This document shows positions 57,213-64,000 of a stretch of 64,000 nucleotides of DNA, piece after piece. The stretch spans positions 46,066,001 to 46,130,000 of the forward strand of contig OX597816.1 of NCBI GenBank assembly GCA_951406725.2. The letters are read 5' to 3'. How positions within the stretch are numbered: the first letter of the stretch is position 1; each line of letters begins with the position of its first letter. A model generated the notes under the pieces. It saw only the letters and a program-made list of their open reading frames with translations. It was not told the origin of the DNA and did not search any database. The DNA comes from Octopus vulgaris. Its lineage: Eukaryota. Made by a program: the position numbers and the translations under genes.

Positions 57213-57265
<53 letters not shown>

Positions 57266-58309
57266 TATATTTATACACACACACACACACATATATATAT
57301 GTAGTTTGCGTGTGTGTGTATACAAACTTTCAGCTCTCCCTTTATTTCTTTAAACCTTACTATCCATAGTTACTCATCACTACGATCTGTTAATAATTTC
57401 AATCTTCCACGCTGCCGTCTCTCTAATAACTTCACGCTATAACTTCGTTCCTCTTCTGTCAGTACGCAGCATTTCCTTGTATCTCCACCACCACCACCAA
57501 TACCAACACGATGACGACTGTCACCGCTAAGCGGTTCCCTGATAATCGTACCGTGACTCCTGCGACGTAATTATCTTGTTTCTATGACAACCAGCACCAG
57601 ACAAGCTTGGTGGTTAATTTATGCAAGGCCCGTAATTCAAAATTTCTGTTCGCCCTCTCTCTCGCTCGATCGCTTGCCCGCTCTTTTTGCTGCTCTTTAT
57701 AAAACAAATGAAAATGAATAAATGATAATACAATAACACTCTCCCTCGCGTCGCTCCCCACCACTTTCTTTTCCCTCTCTCCGTTTGTCCCCCCTCCCTC
57801 ACAATCATGCACACGCACATAAAATGCCTAAATAAGTTTCATAATTTCTTATTTAAAAGAAAATCCTCACACACAGAATTGCTGTCGACGGCGTCGTTTT
57901 CATTGTAGTCGACATCATCATCATCATCACTATTACCACCACCAACATCATCTTTATTCTCATCATCAACATTTTGTGATTTTGGGGGTATAGTGGTTTA
58001 ATTCCAAAGCAGACCAAGACCTTCGACCAAAAAACATTCCATCCATAACCATCACGTTTATTATATATATATATGTCCAGGACCGAATCCGCTTCAGGTT
58101 TTCTCTTCTTTTTTTTTCTGATATTTTTTTTTTAAGTCAGTAGAGTGTAAGTTAAGAAAGATTTAGTTGCTATTTCCTGCAGAGCGAGCAACCGCCAAAG
58201 ATGTTCCCCCCTCGCTGGTTTGCTATTTATTGCTGGGTGTGAAAGAAATTGACAATGTTGCAGTTATGACAATTGTTTTGCTCTAATTACTTCGACAAGA
58301 ATGAGTGAA

Positions 58310-58341
<32 letters not shown>

Positions 58342-58648
58342 TGCGTGCGTGCGTGTGTGTGTTCTTTTTCTAAATACTATTCTTGTTTTTTAATAATGCT
58401 CTATCCATGTGTGTGTGTGTGTGTAACCATACTTCTACAAGGTAATGGAATACGAGAAAAACATTTACTTAGATATCTGTGTATGTGTGTGCGTGTGTGG
58501 AGGGGGCAGGTATAGTTATGGGGTGCACGGGCGTGCACACACGCGGATGTGTATATATATATATATATATGCATGTACGTTCAGAACACACACACATATA
58601 TAAACGTATATGCGCATATACAAATCTACATATACTAATGTGCGTGTG

Positions 58649-58705
<57 letters not shown>

Positions 58706-59055
58706 ACACACGCATACACATTCACACATAGACGCAGGTATGGCTGGGTGAGTAAGAAGCTCGGTTTACTACTACGTAGTTTGGTTTCAGTCCCATTACG
58801 CGGCACCATGGACAAATGTTTTCTACAACCAGTACCTTGCGAATGAGTTCGTTAGACGGAAACTGTGTTGAAGCCCATTGAACAGTGTATTCTGACTACT
58901 TTTAGAGCCATTTCTGGTTTTATGTACAAGTTGATGGGCTCCACTACCTCAAATGTTCTTAAAATTTAAATCCACATCTTTGTCTATATATCTACCTTCT
59001 CTATAATATTACCACTTGATATGAAAATTATGTATTAATAGAAAACCTCTATTAA

Positions 59056-59139
59056 TGGCTGATGAGTGCTCAGCATTTTAAAACTGTTGTAATACTTACA
59101 ACATTTAATAAAATGATGTAGTGCGAAACGATCGTACCA
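59056..59139 (+). ncRNA. Type-I hammerhead ribozyme motif, intact core, very long helix II
   Basis: tgg CTGATGA gtgct-cagcatttta..tgttgtaa-tac-ttacaaca..taaaatgatg-t-agtgc GAAAC GATC GTA cca; palindrome ACGATCGT. Confidence 0.8.
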
Positions 59140-59171
59140 AATTACTGGAGTTATTCTTGTTGCTTATTTTG

Positions 59172-59219
<48 letters not shown>

Positions 59220-59222
<3 letters not shown>

Positions 59223-59412
59223 GTCTGACCAAAAGTCGCCTAACAGTAAATCAAAACCATTTAAGTCCAAGATTTATTTATGTTTAACAAGTGAATGAAT
59301 TTAATAAAAGCATCTTCTTGAGCTACACATTTTTCCATTCAAGTCAGTACAGAATTACAGATTGTATTTATGGAATGTTGATTTATTCTCTAGTGACTCT
59401 TGACCGACCCTG
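59220..59412. mobile_element. Tc1/mariner-type MITE
   Basis: TA-CAGGTCTGACCAAAAGTC ... GACTCTTGACCGACCCTG-TA. Confidence 0.6.
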
Positions 59413-59415
59413 TAT

Positions 59416-59695
59416 ATCTATATATATAAAACAGAAAATGTCCGTCTGTCTGTGCATCACTAAAACATGAGAACTACCCAACGGATTTCATTCAAATTTT
59501 ACACATGACTTACTTAGGGTCCATGCAATGTGATGGGCCAAAAAGATTGTCAACTTCTTGCCTAATGTGGGCCCGGAGCAATCTCTTATCTCTTAATGCT
59601 ATTTCAGTATTATGTGCCAAAAGTGAAACAATAGCATCTCTATTGTAATGTTAGATAATACTTTCAGTTTTGATACTTTCACTATTATTTCACTT
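59416..59695 (+). mobile_element. Possible Helitron 5' fragment
   Basis: A|TCTATATATATAAA...CCGTCTGTCTGT...CAACGGATTTCATTCAAATTTT is typical of a Helitron 5' end; a minus-strand 3'-end-like ACTAG plus hairpin occurs at 61242-61270. Confidence 0.45.
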
Positions 59696-59765
59696 ACATA
59701 TATACATGCACACCTACACACACACACACATATATTATGTATATTATATATATATATATATATAT

Positions 59766-59818
<53 letters not shown>

Positions 59819-59925
59819 TGTGTATATATATTATATACATCGTGTGTGTGTATATGTATATATATATATACATGTACCACATCCTCGCATTTTTGTTTGT
59901 TCTTATTTTTTGGGGGATTTACTAT

Positions 59926-60020
<95 letters not shown>

Positions 60021-60024
<4 letters not shown>

Positions 60025-61241
60025 ATGTGTAACGTCAGTGTTCATAATCGACAGAGTGTAAGTACCTTGAGAGAAAAGTTGAACCTAAGAAGCATCAGTT
60101 GTTGTGTGCAAGAGAGACGTATGCGCTGGTATGGTCATGTGATGAGAATGGCTGAAGATAGTTGTGTGCGAAAGTGCCACACCCTGGCAGTTGAGAGGAC
60201 CTGTGGAAGAGGTAGACCCAGGAAAACCTGGGTCGAGGCGGTGAAGCACGACCTTCGAACTTTAGGTCTCACCAAGGAAATGACCAGTGACCGAGACCTT
60301 TGGAGGTATGCTGTGCGTGAGAAAACCCGGCAAGACCAGTGAGAAAAGTCAAAATCAAGATCAAACCAAATTGAGGTTGATCAACATCAGGACCCCCGTG
60401 CAGGTGACACGTAAATGTACCATCCGTTCGTAGCCGTTTGCCAGCCCTGTCTGGCCCCCGTGTCGGTGGCACGTAAAAGCACCATCCGTTCGTGTTCGTT
60501 GCCAGCCTGGCCTGGCCCCGTTGACACGTAAAGCCAGCCCAGCTGTCTGGCCCCCGTGCCGGTGACACGTAAAAGCACCATCCGTTCGTGGCCGTTTGCC
60601 AGCCCTGTCTGGCCCCCATGTCGGTGACACGTAAAAGCACCATCCGTTTGTGGCCGTTTGCCAGCCCTGTCTGGCCCCCATGTCGGTGACATGTAAAAGC
60701 ACCATCTGTTCGTGTCCGTTGCCAGCCTCGCCTGGCCCCGTGCTGGTGACACGTAAAAGCACCATCCGTTCGTGGCCGTTTGCCAGCCCTGTCTGGCCCC
60801 CGTGTCGGTGGCATGTAAAAGCACCATCCGTTCGTGCCCGTTGCCAGCCTCGCCTGGCCCCCGTGCCGGTGACACGTAAAAGCACCATCCGTTTCGTGGC
60901 CGTTTGCCAGCTCTGTCTGGCCCCCGTGTTGGTGGCACGTAAAAGCACCATCCGTTCGTGTCCGTTGCCAGCCTCGCCTGGCCCCGTGCCGGTGACACGT
61001 AAAAGCACCATCCGTTCGTGGCCGTTTGCCAGCTCTGTCTGGCACCTGTGCGGGTGGCACGTAAAAAGCACCCACTACACTCACGGAGTGGTTGGCGTTA
61101 GGAAGGGCATCCAGCTGTAGAAACACTGCCAGATCTGACTGGGCCTGATGAAGCCTTCCAGCTTCACAGACCCCAGTTGAACCATCCAACCCATGCTAGC
61201 ATGGAGAACGGACGCTAAATGATGATGATGATGATGATGAT
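60021..61241 (+). mobile_element. RTE LINE copy 3 (different subfamily), 5'-truncated
   Basis: [20 protein letters not shown]...[10 protein letters not shown] starts right after ~90 bp of (TA)n; (GAT)n tail. Confidence 0.95.
60395..61072 (+). repeat. Minisatellite of ~11 units of 60-63 bp (one shortened) in the RTE 3'UTR
   Basis: GGTGRCACGTAAAAGCACCATCCGTTCGTG... units start near 60403, 60465, 60523, 60561, 60623, 60685, 60745, 60807, 60868, 60931 and 60991. Confidence 0.95.
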
Positions 61242-61836
61242 ACTAGCAGAGATACCCAGCGTTGCCTGTGTTAAATGCAATTGAAGAATTACACTTTTCT
61301 GTTATATTTTCTGTAACGACCTGGAATATCTATGTTTCGAATTTCATCAAAATTGCAGATGGGAGTTATTTCCCTCTTTACACACACTAAAAAAATTGTA
61401 ATCATGCCACATGTATCCGATACTACTGATTTTTATGCACATATTCCAAAATTCCAGTGTTATTGAACCTGTTAAAAAGATTTTGCTCCTGAAAAATGAA
61501 GGTCATGGAGCTCTAATATGTGAGAGTTAAGGCCCCTGTTGGGGGTGGGCATCTTAATGTCTATAAGAGAAGTTGAATTGTTGTGAATCTTTTTAACTTG
61601 GGTCTATCTATTGTTTGAATTTCTTTGAAATAGGAAATATATGTTCACTAGGTTTGTAAAAGAGAGCAAAGCTACAGGAAACCAAAAGACGAATGATCAC
61701 AATAAGCAGTCAGTTACCCTACCTACCATGTATATACATATGTGTGTGTGTGTGTGCGCAAGCGTGTGTGTGTGTATATATATTTATTATGTGTATATAT
61801 ATGTATATATATATATATATATATATACATATTATG

Positions 61837-61867
<31 letters not shown>

Positions 61868-61964
61868 TATGTATATATATATGTTATATATATATTATGT
61901 ATATATTTGTTTTATATATATATTATGTATATATATATTAAGTATATATATCATATATATATAT

Positions 61965-62002
<38 letters not shown>

Positions 62003-62005
62003 GTA

Positions 62006-62382
62006 GGTGTAGGAGTGGCTGTTTGGTAAGTAGCTTGCTTATGTACCACATGATTCCAGGTTCAATCCCACTGCATGGCACCTTGGGCATGTGTCTTCTA
62101 CTATAGCCTCAGACCAACTTGTGAGTGGATTTGGTAGACAGAAACTGAAATAAGCCCGTCGTATATATGTATATATAGAAATATATATATATATGTATGT
62201 ATGTGTGTGTCTGTGTTTGTCCCCACCCCCAACATAGCTTGACAGCTAATGCTGGTGTGTTTACATCCCCGTAACTTAGAGGTTCGTCAAAAGAGACAGA
62301 TAGAATAAGTACTAGGCTTATAAAGGGGTTGATTTGCTCGAGCATGGCCACAGTCACATGACTGAAATGAGTAAAAGAGTAC
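62006..62382 (+). mobile_element. SINE family 1
   Basis: Near full-length, small internal deletions. Confidence 0.85.
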
Positions 62383-62500
62383 ATTGCTGAAAAATATTTC
62401 TTCAATATAAAAATAGGTATATTATAAATATCAGATATTATTAAGTAAGGAATCAGAGAGATTTAATGGATATAAATTTATTTATTAACATTTTAAATAA

Positions 62501-62600
62501 GGCCTACAAGTGTTTCAATTCACACTCAATGCAAATTACAAACCTATAGAATAAGATAAGTTTGCATTTTGAATATATAGTGTTAAATATCTTCAGGGCC
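62501..62600 (-). ncRNA. Hammerhead motif in the putative pLTR of a Penelope-like element
   Basis: Minus strand ggcc CTGAAGA [long imperfect stem, aatgcaaa/tttgcatt] GAAAC ACTT GTA ggcc. Confidence 0.65.
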
Positions 62601-63597
62601 AATAGACATTAAGGAAAATACATGTTGATCAATTAAGATTCTCCAACAGACTAAGTAGATGAAAATATGTTTAATTTTGTGTGTGTGTGTGTATTGATAA
62701 TTTTATTTAAATATAATAGGATATATAAAATATAAAGGTAAAAATATAAAGTAAATGATAATGATAATAATAAATATTCAGTCAAAGATAAAGATATGCA
62801 GACCAAAAAATAAAAATACTAAAATAAATGAAATAGAAATAAAAATAAAATAAAATAAAAAATATATATGAGTAAGATAAAAACAATGAAAATTGTTAGA
62901 AATCTGGATGTTTATTGTCTATGTTAATTCATGTGTGTGTGTGTGTGTGTATGTGTGTTATTAAAAAGCTTATTGAATCAAATCAGTTTATTTATATATG
63001 CATGTGTGTATAATTATTTGAAATTAAAAGCCAACCATTATAGTCTTGTATTATTATAATTATATTTATGTCTGTGTGTGTGTTCATCTATGTATACATC
63101 AAAGAAACTAAAGAAAATGCTAATCTTAGATTGACATCTAAATCTTTTTTACTTGATGGTAAGATTATCAATAAAATATACACAAGTATAGTTATATATG
63201 CATGTGTGCATACTTATTTGAAAATAAAAGTCATCCGTTATAGTCTTGCATTATTATTTCTATATTCATGTGTGTGTGTGTACATGTATTTATATATGAT
63301 TATATTGAATGCAATTTTAGTTTAGCATGAATAGAAATTAAGTGCATTACATCATCAAAATTAGTGTTGTTGATAGATTTACAATGTCTTCTAATAAAAT
63401 TTCTTGTACTATATCAGCCAATTAATTAATAGTTTACCAATTAAAATTAATATTATTATTAATTAACATTATTATTAATTAGTCTTTTTAGTATTATATT
63501 ATATATTATTTATATTGTTTATATTTCATATATTTAATTTTTAAGTCAAGTTATACTTACTATATTATATTTATATATTGCTTTGTTATATTCAATT

Positions 63598-63880
63598 TTA
63601 TTTTTTTCTGATTATACTTCCTAAAAACATATTTAGAGGAATGAATGCCTCTTGCATGGAATTAAGGAGTTTGTGTTTAGAAATTAGAATCTGAAAAATC
63701 TTTTCAACACATAATTCACACATCTTATCAGAAATTCCATATGATCTGGTATGACTTATAATATGCCATTTAACCTTATAATTTTTGTTATTGTCTTTTA
63801 ACATCCATACAAATTTGTTTAGACTAGTATTTTTCATTTTTTGCTTGTTTTTAAAGCTGTTTTTGTGGTTAGCAATCTCT
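63598..63880 (-). pseudogene. C-terminal part of a Penelope-like GIY-YIG endonuclease
   Basis: IANHKNSFKN...NTSLNKFVWMLKD...YKVKWHII...Y...CELCVEK...LLN matches, from memory, the PLE pattern HxxSF..T.LSxYIWxLK..IxWxI..CxLCxxEK..LLN; cut by a SINE at 63878. Confidence 0.75.
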
Positions 63881-64000
63881 TTTACTCTTTACTCTTTTAC
63901 TTGTTTCAGTCATTTGACTGTGGCCATGCTGGAGCACCACCTTTAGTTGAGCAAATCGACCCCAGGACTTATTCTTTGTAAGCCTAGTACTTATTCTATC
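63878..64000 (-). mobile_element. SINE family 1, 3' part (runs off the window)
   Basis: (CTCTTTTA)n tail and CTTGTTTCAGTCATTTGACTG. Confidence 0.9.

Noticed and set aside
60395-61072. CRISPR-like array or HDV-like ribozyme repeats
   Set aside because: No unique spacers or cas genes; the units are tandem repeats in an RTE 3'UTR. P1/P3-like pairings exist, but I found no P2 partner or catalytic J4/2 segment.
60269-61189. 306-aa repetitive ORF and overlapping ORFs
   Set aside because: Antisense translations of the GC-rich minisatellite.

Overview
Eukaryotic, AT-rich, very repeat-dense DNA. It is most likely octopus (coleoid cephalopod), inferred from the tRNA-derived SINE families, the RTE LINE and the dense (TA)n/(CA)n/(TATG)n microsatellites. 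I recognise no intact host protein-coding gene; almost all ORF-track entries are microsatellite or SINE artefacts. The window holds three young 5'-truncated RTE LINE copies (two near-identical and inverted, one with an expanded 61-bp 3'UTR array), a CR1 fragment, decayed pogo/Tigger and mariner transposons, piggyBac-, hAT- and Helitron-type non-autonomous elements, and about 35 SINE copies. A candidate CpG-retaining promoter lies at ~1.6-2.5 kb. The most interesting signal is absent from the ORF track: about 14 minimal type-I hammerhead-ribozyme-like motifs (CUGANGA...GAAAC-palindrome-GUH), from at least 9 unrelated sequence contexts. Most sit in short islands next to (TA)n tracts, several are in fold-back arrangements, and one is linked to a Penelope-like GIY-YIG ORF remnant. 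All calls were made by eye. No alignment, folding or database search was run, and boundaries of decayed elements are approximate.
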